A stretch of DNA of 37,471 nucleotides from a virus (IMGVR_UViG_3300026907_000062:1-37471); one strand, 5' to 3'; shown: positions 8,200 through 14,968, counted from the first letter of the stretch. Numbers and translations: made by a program. The notes: generated from the letters alone by a model not told the origin.

Positions 8200-8481
8200 G
8201 GTTTGCTCCTTGCGGATTGAATTGAGGCGCTCAGGGCGGCGAACCCCCAGCCTTGGGTAAGGCTGACGTAGGTAGTGGGGGAGGGATTGGGATTCGCCGG
8301 CCTGAGCGACCGAGGGGGGATGCCGGTTACGTGTCCGGCGTCAGGTGGCATCTGACCGTCTCATGGCCTTTCCGCAGCTTGCCAAGCCCAAATTCATAGG
8401 CGCGGAGGCAACGTCTTTATCGCTCGTCTGCCAGCGAGACGCGGGTGGTAGGGGTTTATTGCCCTAACGTGGTCCGCAATT

Positions 8482-8594
8482 TGGTTGATGGCCCCGGATG
8501 CGATCCCGGGTTTGACAAGAGTCGGCCGGCTTTCACGGCTCCGCGTGTCAGTCGCGATTGGTCGCCCATCGCCTGGGCGGTACTGCTGCCATCA
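8482..8594 (-). ncRNA. tRNA-like RNA element B (113 nt, ends in ACCA)
   Basis: Acceptor TGATGGC/GCCATCA plus A-CCA; arm CGCCCA-GGCGA-TGGGCG; arm TGACA...TGTCA; T-like arm CCCGG-GATCGCAT-CCGGG. Confidence 0.6.
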
Positions 8595-8751
8595 ATCAAG
8601 GGCGCTGGAGTCGAACCAGCGGAGCAATGAACTTGAAGGCGCTGTTTATCCCCGCCGTCGCGGGTCGGATCAAGCGCCCAAGCCTCGTTTACATTGCGCG
8701 GCACTCAACGCGCCGCCCGGATACGCCTCATCCGGCTGCCCCTTGATTGAT
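8591..8751 (-). ncRNA. tRNA-like RNA element A (~160 nt, canonical T-loop, very long variable arm)
   Basis: 12-bp closing stem ATCAATCAAGGG/CCCTTGATTGAT; GCTGG-TTCGACT-CCAGC T-arm; internal hairpins. Confidence 0.6.
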
Positions 8752-8799
8752 AGCGCCGCGTTTCGTGCGGCTACGGCTGCTATGCAGCACCAGGTGGAA

Positions 8800-9093
8800 C
8801 TACGAAGCGCGGTCTTCTCCTTCCATCAGGTCCTCAATGCTCTCGCCGTCGGAGGATTCCCAGTCTTCCCAGCCAGGGCCTTCGCCGTCTGTACCGCCGG
8901 TTTCCGAATACACCTCAAGACCGTTCACATTGCAGTAATCGGGCTTGATGTTGTTCACCCACTGGAAGTGGTCATAATTGGCCAGCAGCTTGAGCACCAG
9001 CTTCGCTTGCTCAACATCTTTCACCGAGACGTGAAAGGCATCTCCAGGCACCTGGGGGACGTGCCACACTCGCAAATCGCCGATCATCGGCAT
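8800..9093 (-). CDS. P22 gp17-like protein (anti-exclusion / superinfection-exclusion family)
   Basis: LRVWHVPQVP...F.V.V, YD.FQ..NNIKPDYCN.NGLE match my recollection of P22 gp17. Confidence 0.8.
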   Translation of the reverse strand: MPMIGDLRVWHVPQVPGDAFHVSVKDVEQAKLVLKLLANYDHFQWVNNIKPDYCNVNGLEVYSETGGTDGEGPGWEDWESSDGESIEDLMEGEDRAS

Positions 9094-9139
9094 AACTCTT
9101 CTCCTTTGCCCCTCGGGCTTATCAACGGGATGGGGGGGG

Positions 9140-9331
9140 TTAGGCGACGATCTTCGCGAGAAGCGAATCGATCGCTTTATCGACTGCTGCGCCGTGACCC
9201 TTGTTGTCGCGGAGCATCGAGCGAAAGAACGCCGAGTAGATCGGGTCTATCAGGATGTTGGTCTCGTTGACTTCGGGATATCCGTACTCTTTGAGGTTCT
9301 TCACCCCGGCGGCGATGAGCGCCCGTTCCAT
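9140..9331 (-). CDS. Small phage hypothetical protein
   Basis: ATG at 9331 after AAGGAG; GVKNLKEYGYP motif. Confidence 0.7.
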   Translation of the reverse strand: MERALIAAGVKNLKEYGYPEVNETNILIDPIYSAFFRSMLRDNKGHGAAVDKAIDSLLAKIVA

Positions 9332-9354
9332 CTCGTTCTCCTTGTTAATCGGTA

Positions 9355-9508
9355 TGAATCCTGAAAGAAGCGGGCCAGACTCGACACTGGCTGCGATCAT
9401 GTACGGGCCTACCAGTACCTAGGATTGCCGCAAGCACTCCCTAGATCGACACATATGCGGCTTGAGTTGTCTCCCGTCCTTCCGGGATGCCGCTTCTTTC
9501 AGGATTCA
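9355..9508 (-). ncRNA. tRNA-like RNA element C (154 nt)
   Basis: Perfect 19-bp closing stem TGAATCCTGAAAGAAGCGG/CCGCTTCTTTCAGGATTCA; TCCCG-GAAGGA-CGGGA arm; T-like arm GCCAG-TGTCGAGT-CTGGC stacked on the 3' strand. Confidence 0.6.
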
Positions 9509-9540
9509 CGTGTCTAGCCCCGGCACCCGGGGCGGGGTGG

Positions 9541-9885
9541 TCAGGCTTCGGATTCCAGCGCTTCGATTTCGGCGAGGCTGGCAAGCAATGCGTCTTTCTC
9601 GGCGATGCGTGCAGCCTTGTATTCCTGCTCCATCAGCTCCAGAGCTGCGGCCGACAGCTCGGCGAAGCGGTCGCGCACAATCTTCGCCAGCGCCAGATCG
9701 AAGGCCTTGTCCTTCCAGTAATTCGTGGAACCCGCGGATTCTTGGTGGCCGATTTCACTGGCAACTTCCAGCCGATGCAGCCTGCCGACGGAGCCGTCAC
9801 GGAAGTGATGCTGCGGGCGGCCAATCTTCCCAACGTATTCGCGGGCGTCGGCTATTGCGCGCTTCAGGTTTGCTGCGTTGCTCAT
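9541..9885 (-). CDS. Hypothetical protein (C-terminal coiled coil)
   Basis: ATG at 9885 after GGGAGA. Confidence 0.7.
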   Translation of the reverse strand: MSNAANLKRAIADAREYVGKIGRPQHHFRDGSVGRLHRLEVASEIGHQESAGSTNYWKDKAFDLALAKIVRDRFAELSAAALELMEQEYKAARIAEKDALLASLAEIEALESEA

Positions 9886-9961
9886 CTGCTGTTCTCCCTG
9901 TCTGCTCACCGGGTGGTGAGGTTTGTTCACGTGTCTGCGTCCTGTCACGGCGCAGGCAGAG

Positions 9962-10153
9962 TTAACTATCAACTTCGACCGCTTCCAGAGATCGAACCCG
10001 GAATCCTTCGATTGCTTCCAGGATTTCTTTTTTCGAGCAGCCATTGGGGACGACCAGTTCCGCAGTCTCCCCCATCGTCCGACCGTCAAATCTGGTAAGC
10101 CGCCAGGGGCTTCGCTGGGCATCGATGACAACCAGCATCGTTTGTTCGCTCAT
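9962..10153 (-). CDS. Hypothetical protein
   Basis: Starts immediately after the upstream stop, in operon orientation. Confidence 0.55.
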   Translation of the reverse strand: MSEQTMLVVIDAQRSPWRLTRFDGRTMGETAELVVPNGCSKKEILEAIEGFRVRSLEAVEVDS

Positions 10154-10154
10154 A

Positions 10155-10487
10155 TCAGGCTGCCTTTAGAAAGGTCGTGAACATTCCGGCGCCGTGGTTC
10201 TTACCGCCGCATTTGCACTCACAGGTGCCGTTGTGTTTGCCGTTCAGGCACTTGGCATTGCACTCGTGGCGCGAGGGGAAGGCCTTGTATTCGATCTTGC
10301 GGGTGACCGGCAGCACTGCACCGCCCAGGTTTCCGCCTTCGTGACCGACCAGCATCTGATAGCCGTCGTAACGGATTCCCTGCACACCCGGCCAGCGCGC
10401 GGCGAATTCCTTGTTCGGCATGCCGTGCGGCGCAGTCAGCGAAACGGCTTCGCCGGTCACGTCGCTGAAGTACTTGATGTTTGCCAT
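10155..10487 (-). CDS. Cys/His-rich putative zinc-binding phage protein
   Basis: GAGGAG RBS; HECNAKC...CECKCGGKNHG. Confidence 0.75.
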   Translation of the reverse strand: MANIKYFSDVTGEAVSLTAPHGMPNKEFAARWPGVQGIRYDGYQMLVGHEGGNLGGAVLPVTRKIEYKAFPSRHECNAKCLNGKHNGTCECKCGGKNHGAGMFTTFLKAA

Positions 10488-10895
10488 GGCCTCTCTCCTC
10501 GTTCATTCGTCAGCCATCGCTCATAGAACGGGCTGGCGGATAAATTCCGGGGCAACGCACCACCTAGCTACTCCCTCTCAGGTATTCGAGAAATTCGAAT
10601 AGCTGGTCAGCTCCAGGTGGGGCGCTGCCCTACATGCCGTCGCCGTCAAACCCGTAGGCCAGCGTGGTCATGGTTCCCGGCCTACTCCCGGTGGTCATCA
10701 ACACGATTACGCGCCATCGGTCGATTCTTGGCGTCCAACTGGAACGCGCTCTATGCTGCCTAGTTCTGCACCAGGCCGGCCTTAGTCTGTTCAGCCACCT
10801 TGCATGAGCGGTTTTCGGCATCTTTCTGTTCAGGGCGTCCGCTGTCTCCCCTGTCGCATCGCCTCTCGGCGGGTGCGGAACGTTTTGCACATCGG

Positions 10896-10908
10896 TTGTT
10901 AAAGAGCG
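10896..10908 (-). promoter_or_regulatory. boxA antitermination element (nutL-like)
   Basis: CGCTCTTTAACAA about 70 nt downstream of PL; GAGA-tetraloop hairpin at 10855-10877 follows. Confidence 0.85.
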
Positions 10909-10980
10909 GTACTGCTGGTGCAGCAGCGCCGCGGTGCTGGCCTTTGGCCTAAGCGGTGCGGTTTGTGCTGCGTTGGATGA

Positions 10981-11009
10981 ACTATAGGACAGCCAATATT
11001 GGATGTCAA
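10981..11009 (-). promoter_or_regulatory. PL promoter
   Basis: TTGACA (11004-11009), 17 bp, TATAGT (10981-10986). Confidence 0.85.
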
Positions 11010-11022
11010 TAGGGTGTCCTAT
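10984..11022. promoter_or_regulatory. OL operators (two sites)
   Basis: ATAGGacagCCAAT (10984-10997) and ATAGGgtgtCCTAT (11009-11022) overlap or flank the PL hexamers. Confidence 0.8.
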
Positions 11023-11039
11023 ATTTTTATTCAATAGGC

Positions 11040-11065
11040 AAACAAAAACCGCCCGAAGGCGGCTT
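11040..11065 (-). terminator. Intrinsic terminator of cI
   Basis: GCCGCC-TTCG-GGCGGT-TTTTGTTT after the cI stop. Confidence 0.85.
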
Positions 11066-11082
11066 GTCATGGGTTGGGGTCT

Positions 11083-11763
11083 TTACCCGCCCTGGCGATA
11101 GACGAACTCGCCATGTATCTTCAAGTACTCAATTTTCCCGGGGTCCACACGCTCATCCGGAAACCTCCGTTTGTCTGGGTTCCGGCTTTCCAGTACCCAA
11201 GACCCATCCACTTCGCGGCGCAACTGTTTAATACGCAGGCCGTCTGGATGGTCGATCAAAAATATCTTGCCAGTGCGCGGCTCCTTCTTAGATGTGTCGA
11301 AGATGACGATATCGCCATCTACTATGAAATCGGACATGCTTTCGCCGTCAGCGTAGATGGCGACAGCGTTCTTTGGATCCAAGCTGTAACGCTTGAAGAA
11401 CGACGCTTCTTTCACCAAATGTCCCACGGGTAGCTGCTCATAGTTGAGAAATCCGCCACCGCACGAACCGCGTGCGTCCCAATATGGTATGCGCCCAATG
11501 TCTCCGTCGTATGCCTCCTCAGTTAGTACCTCTTTGGTCCTAGTGGATGGATGGGAAAGCCCCTTGCCAGTGGCTAGCCATGTTGGATTTATGCCATAGA
11601 CGTTCGCCAGTGCGACAGTGGCCACGGATTGCTCGTAGGCCCCCGCTTCCAGCTGGGAGAGGGTGGGTTGTTTGATCCCTGCTAGCTTGGCTGCTTGGGC
11701 CTGGGTAAGGCCGGCAGCCTTGCGGGAATCCTTAAGCCGCTTGGCGAAATCGAATTTGGTCAT
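11083..11763 (-). CDS. cI: CI-like repressor (HTH plus S24 autopeptidase)
   Basis: HTH GLTQAQAAKLAGIKQPTLSQLE; GESM (Ser) and RIKQL (Lys); CG cleavage-site region; start set at ATG 11763. Confidence 0.93.
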   Translation of the reverse strand: MTKFDFAKRLKDSRKAAGLTQAQAAKLAGIKQPTLSQLEAGAYEQSVATVALANVYGINPTWLATGKGLSHPSTRTKEVLTEEAYDGDIGRIPYWDARGSCGGGFLNYEQLPVGHLVKEASFFKRYSLDPKNAVAIYADGESMSDFIVDGDIVIFDTSKKEPRTGKIFLIDHPDGLRIKQLRREVDGSWVLESRNPDKRRFPDERVDPGKIEYLKIHGEFVYRQGG

Positions 11764-11766
11764 GGT

Positions 11767-11827
11767 ATAGGAATTCTTATATATAAAGACATAGGAAGGC
11801 CTATTGACAAAACATAGGACATCCAAT
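11767..11827. promoter_or_regulatory. OR operators (three sites)
   Basis: ATAGGaattCTTAT 11767-11780, ATAGGaaggCCTAT 11791-11804, ATAGGacatCCAAT 11814-11827. Confidence 0.85.
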
Positions 11828-11832
11828 AAAGT
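11804..11832 (+). promoter_or_regulatory. PR promoter
   Basis: TTGACA (11804-11809), 17 bp, TAAAGT (11827-11832). Confidence 0.8.
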
Positions 11833-11838
11833 CGCCGC

Positions 11839-12045
11839 ATGGACTGGAAAAAGATCACTCACGACGTACTTGCCTCGGGCCTGACCCAGGTAGAGATCGC
11901 CAAGCGCATTGGCTGCTCACAGCCGACCGTAGCCATGCTCGCCTCAGGGGCACAGCGAAGTCTTCGGTGGGAATACGGGGAAAAGCTGCGCTTGCTGCAC
12001 AAACGCGTCACGGCACGTAGGCCGCGTGTTGAGGTCCCTCAATGA
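11839..12045 (+). CDS. cro: Cro-like HTH protein
   Basis: GLTQVEIAKRIGCSQPTVAML HTH; divergent from cI. Confidence 0.88.
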   Translation: MDWKKITHDVLASGLTQVEIAKRIGCSQPTVAMLASGAQRSLRWEYGEKLRLLHKRVTARRPRVEVPQ

Positions 12046-12203
12046 AGCGCTCCATGTCCTTCCATCCCCTGGCTCATACGAGCCTCGTCCTGTTCGCAGC
12101 AGAGCCTGCGAAAGATGTCCATCACGGCGCTTTCGCTGGGTTCTTCAAAGGCTCGCAGGGCGATGTCTTGAGCTTTGGTCAGCAGGGTTTCGGTTTCAGT
12201 CAT
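12039..12203 (-). CDS. Small protein antisense to the PR operon (54 aa)
   Basis: ATG at 12203 with GAGG upstream; MTETETLLTKAQDIALRAFEEPSESAVMDIFRRLC is helical and protein-like. Confidence 0.55.
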   Translation of the reverse strand: MTETETLLTKAQDIALRAFEEPSESAVMDIFRRLCCEQDEARMSQGMEGHGALH

Positions 12204-12229
12204 TTTTCTAGCCTCATGGATGTATCGAA

Positions 12230-12850
12230 ATGAGCACACCTCCAGTATTTGCCACCAGCGATGAAATGCCACGCAACTCCGATCAGCCCTCTTGTAAGGC
12301 TGAGAAATCGGATGAAATTGGGCGCACGCACAGCACGTGGACCGGCCTGTTTAAGCGCTGCTTCAACCCGATTGATCCGAACTTTTCGGATTACGGCGGA
12401 CGCGGGATCACTGTCTGCGAGCGCTGGTTCTCGTTTGAATCGTTCGTAGCTGATATGGGATTGCGTCCCGATGGGAAGACCCTCGATCGCATCGACAACA
12501 ACGGAAATTACGAGCCGGGAAATTGCCGGTGGGCGACTCGGGTAGAGCAAGCACGAAACACCCGTCGCAACCGAGTTGTGCTCGTGAATGGTGTCCCCAA
12601 GTTCCAAACGGAGATTGCTAAGGAATACGGCCTTTGCGATTCGACGATTTCTCGTCGCCGGGAGGCGGGTAATTCTTTGACGGCGGAAGCGTTCTTCAAG
12701 CGCCAGAAGCTCAACAAGGACGAGGTTGTAGAGATCAAGGCCCTTCTTTCACGTGGTTTCAAGCGTCGTGACATCGCGGAACGCTATGCAATCACTGTGC
12801 AGATGGTCGGAATGATTGCGCGGGGCGAAGCATGGAGCGACGTGGCATAA
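12230..12850 (+). CDS. HNH-type homing endonuclease with a C-terminal HTH
   Basis: YGGRGITVCERW, TLDRIDNNGNYEPGNCRWAT..EQARN. Confidence 0.85.
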   Translation: MSTPPVFATSDEMPRNSDQPSCKAEKSDEIGRTHSTWTGLFKRCFNPIDPNFSDYGGRGITVCERWFSFESFVADMGLRPDGKTLDRIDNNGNYEPGNCRWATRVEQARNTRRNRVVLVNGVPKFQTEIAKEYGLCDSTISRRREAGNSLTAEAFFKRQKLNKDEVVEIKALLSRGFKRRDIAERYAITVQMVGMIARGEAWSDVA

Positions 12851-12852
12851 CC

Positions 12853-13140
12853 ATGGAAAACCATATGGAATCGTCTCGGAAGTACTTGTCCCAGATCATG
12901 CAGCGCGTTGCTACGCGCGGCCAGAAGTCACTGGCAGACAAGCTTGAGGTGTCTGAGGCAACCATGTCTCGGTTCATCGCCAACGATTTGGAGCGCGCGT
13001 GCCAATTGATAGCGGCGCTGGGCCTTCAGGTTTGTGCCAAGGACATCGTTGCAATCAGCCGGGACGACATCCAAGCCCTTGAGCGCATGGCCTATAAGTA
13101 CCTTCAAGCGCGCATCGAATCTGATGGCGGGGGCTACTGA
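12853..13140 (+). CDS. cII: CII-like transcriptional activator
   Basis: GQKSLADKLEVSEATMSRF...QLIAALGL resembles lambda CII; position after cro. Confidence 0.75.
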   Translation: MENHMESSRKYLSQIMQRVATRGQKSLADKLEVSEATMSRFIANDLERACQLIAALGLQVCAKDIVAISRDDIQALERMAYKYLQARIESDGGGY

Positions 13141-13141
13141 C

Positions 13142-13552
13142 ATGAACAAGTCGCGCATCCGTGTCACTCCCGCCACGCGTCAGATGCTGATCCAGGCAAT
13201 CCTGAGCGCGCCTGACGGTCACTACGTGGCTATCCAGGAGCCGACGAGGACGCTGAACCAGAATTCGCGCTTACACGCGATGTGCGGCGATATCGCATCC
13301 CAAATGAAATGGATGGATCGCAAGCTAGGCGTTGAAGACTGGAAGCGCCTCCTGGTGGATTCCTGGATGCGCGAGACGAACCGTATGCAGTTGGTGCCGT
13401 CGCTGGACGGTAAGGGCGTTGTCGCTCTTGGTCAGCAGACACGCACCTTGGGCGTCAAGGACATGGCCGACCTAATTGAAAGCATCTTGGCCTTCGGCGC
13501 CATGAACAACGTTCAGTGGACCGACGAGCCACATATTCCGGGGTGGGTATGA
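13142..13552 (+). CDS. ninB: NinB/YbcN-family recombination protein
   Basis: RTLNQNSRLHAMCGDIA, EDWKRLL, MADLIESILAFGA. Confidence 0.85.
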   Translation: MNKSRIRVTPATRQMLIQAILSAPDGHYVAIQEPTRTLNQNSRLHAMCGDIASQMKWMDRKLGVEDWKRLLVDSWMRETNRMQLVPSLDGKGVVALGQQTRTLGVKDMADLIESILAFGAMNNVQWTDEPHIPGWV

Positions 13553-13893
13553 ACTTCTTCAAGATCAAGCGCCTGCGCTCCGAGAAGCACCGCCGCAACG
13601 TGGCTTCCCTGGATTGCGTCGTGTGCGGTGCTGGTGCCCCTTCCCAATGTGCCCATGCCAACTTCGGTAAGGGCCTGGCATTGAAGGCGTGCGACTCCCA
13701 GACGTTTGCTGCTTGCCCCCGGTGCCACCGCATGCACGACAGCAGCGGCATCAACAAGGAAGCGCGCCGCAAGTTGGAAGTGCAGTACGTCGACCGTACG
13801 CGCGCTGAATTGATTTCTCGCGGCCTGTGGCCCGCCTCTGTTGAGGAAGCCTACAAGCTCGCCTATGAGCCGATGAAAAGGGCTGCAGCATGA
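13549..13893 (+). CDS. Zn-binding HNH-like protein (DUF968/DUF1364-type)
   Basis: CVVCG...AH...GKGLALKACD...CPRCH. Confidence 0.7.
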   Translation: MNFFKIKRLRSEKHRRNVASLDCVVCGAGAPSQCAHANFGKGLALKACDSQTFAACPRCHRMHDSSGINKEARRKLEVQYVDRTRAELISRGLWPASVEEAYKLAYEPMKRAAA

Positions 13894-14609
13894 ACTTCTA
13901 TAAGCACTACATCGGCGATTTCCAGCGCGACACAGGCCACCTGTCCTTGACGGAGCGAGGGGCTTATTTGGCCCTGATGCACCACTATTACGCGACCGAA
14001 TTGCCGTTGCCGAATGACCATGGCGCGCTGTGCCGCATTGCTGGCGCGTTCACCAAGGCAGAGCAGGACGCGGTGAAGTCCGTTACCAGGTTCTTCATCG
14101 TCGTTGAATCAGGTCTGATGCACAGCCGTATCGAGGCGGAACTTGAAAAGGCAGGTAAGCAGGCAGACACAAATCGTCGTATCGCTCAAGAACGAGAAGC
14201 CAAACGGAAAGAGGCTAGAACGTTCAACGAACAGAGCACGAATCGTGCTACGGATCGTGAAACGGTTGGTTCAACGAACGATCAACCTAACCAGACACCA
14301 GACACCAATAAAGAAAAACATATGTCGGCTGACGCCGACTTGCCAGCCCGATTTTCGGAATTCTGGGAAACATGGCCAGGATCACAACGCAAAGTCGCGA
14401 AGGCTGAATGCCAGAAGCGTTGGAAGGCCAGGAGACTGGATTCCGTTGCAGACCAGATTTTAGGTCACGTCGCTGCCATGCGGCAGACGAAGCAATGGCA
14501 AGACGGCTTTGAACCTGCCCCCCTCACGTACCTGAACCAGAAACGCTGGGAAGACGGAATTCAGGCCGATCTAGGCCCTGGTGACCAGCCTTGGGAGGGC
14601 GCGCTGTGA
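13890..14609 (+). CDS. Replication initiator (DUF1376/YdaU N-terminus)
   Basis: MNFYKHYIGDFQRDTGHLSLTERGAY; C-terminal FSEFWETWP and PLTYLNQKRWED. Confidence 0.85.
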   Translation: MNFYKHYIGDFQRDTGHLSLTERGAYLALMHHYYATELPLPNDHGALCRIAGAFTKAEQDAVKSVTRFFIVVESGLMHSRIEAELEKAGKQADTNRRIAQEREAKRKEARTFNEQSTNRATDRETVGSTNDQPNQTPDTNKEKHMSADADLPARFSEFWETWPGSQRKVAKAECQKRWKARRLDSVADQILGHVAAMRQTKQWQDGFEPAPLTYLNQKRWEDGIQADLGPGDQPWEGAL

Positions 14610-14968
14610 TCGGCCATGAAACCCTCATTGCTTTGCGGATGAAGGGCTACAAGCCCAGCTCCGTGTTTGTGAGCATCCTTCCTGCAAACCAGGACTACAC
14701 GGTCTTCACGCACCCGGACATGGTCATGTCGCTCGGTGGTCCGCCGGAGATTGATCTTGGCCCGGATGACTCGCCCAAGACTGCCGACTTCCGGTGCTTG
14801 ATCGGGCTTCCAGTACACGTGGTGGGGACCGATGAAACCAGAACGCTCGCGGTCGCGGACAGGGCGATCCAATTCCGTCCCTTGTGGCTTCTGGCATCTG
14901 GGTTCAGCGATGAATACCTGTACCGCTGGACGCCCGCAGGCGGCATGAAACGCGTGGAGGCGCGATGA
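14606..14968 (+). CDS. Hypothetical protein in the replication module
   Basis: GTGA-coupled start; fills the gap between initiator and helicase. Confidence 0.7.
   Translation: MIGHETLIALRMKGYKPSSVFVSILPANQDYTVFTHPDMVMSLGGPPEIDLGPDDSPKTADFRCLIGLPVHVVGTDETRTLAVADRAIQFRPLWLLASGFSDEYLYRWTPAGGMKRVEAR

Noticed and set aside
8482..8751. Calling elements A and B canonical tRNA genes (e.g. tRNA-Gln from the TTG in A's middle loop)
   Set aside because: Lengths of 113 and ~150 nt, no U33-type anticodon loop and non-standard D-arm spacing; kept as tRNA-like only
8310..9116. Long-range pairing CCGAGGGG (8310-8317) with CCCCTCGG (9109-9116) as the closing stem of a fourth element
   Set aside because: Only 8 GC-rich bp across 800 nt; plausible by chance
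8025..9270. ORFs 8025-8351, 8456-8704 and 8485-9270
   Set aside because: No RBS, no protein-like composition, and they overlap strongly base-paired sequence or run antisense to real genes
11764..11862. N-terminal extension of cI to 11862
   Set aside because: Runs through the operators, PR and the cro start; the HTH begins right after ATG 11763
12849..12870. AACCAT repeat 10 bp apart at the cII start as a CII box/PRE
   Set aside because: No acceptable -10 at the proper spacing on the minus strand
14317..14335. Similarity of ACATATGTCGGCTGA in the initiator gene to the element C loop region (ACATATGCGGCTTGA) as an antisense target
   Set aside because: Needs two indels in 15 nt; too weak without a computed hybridisation background
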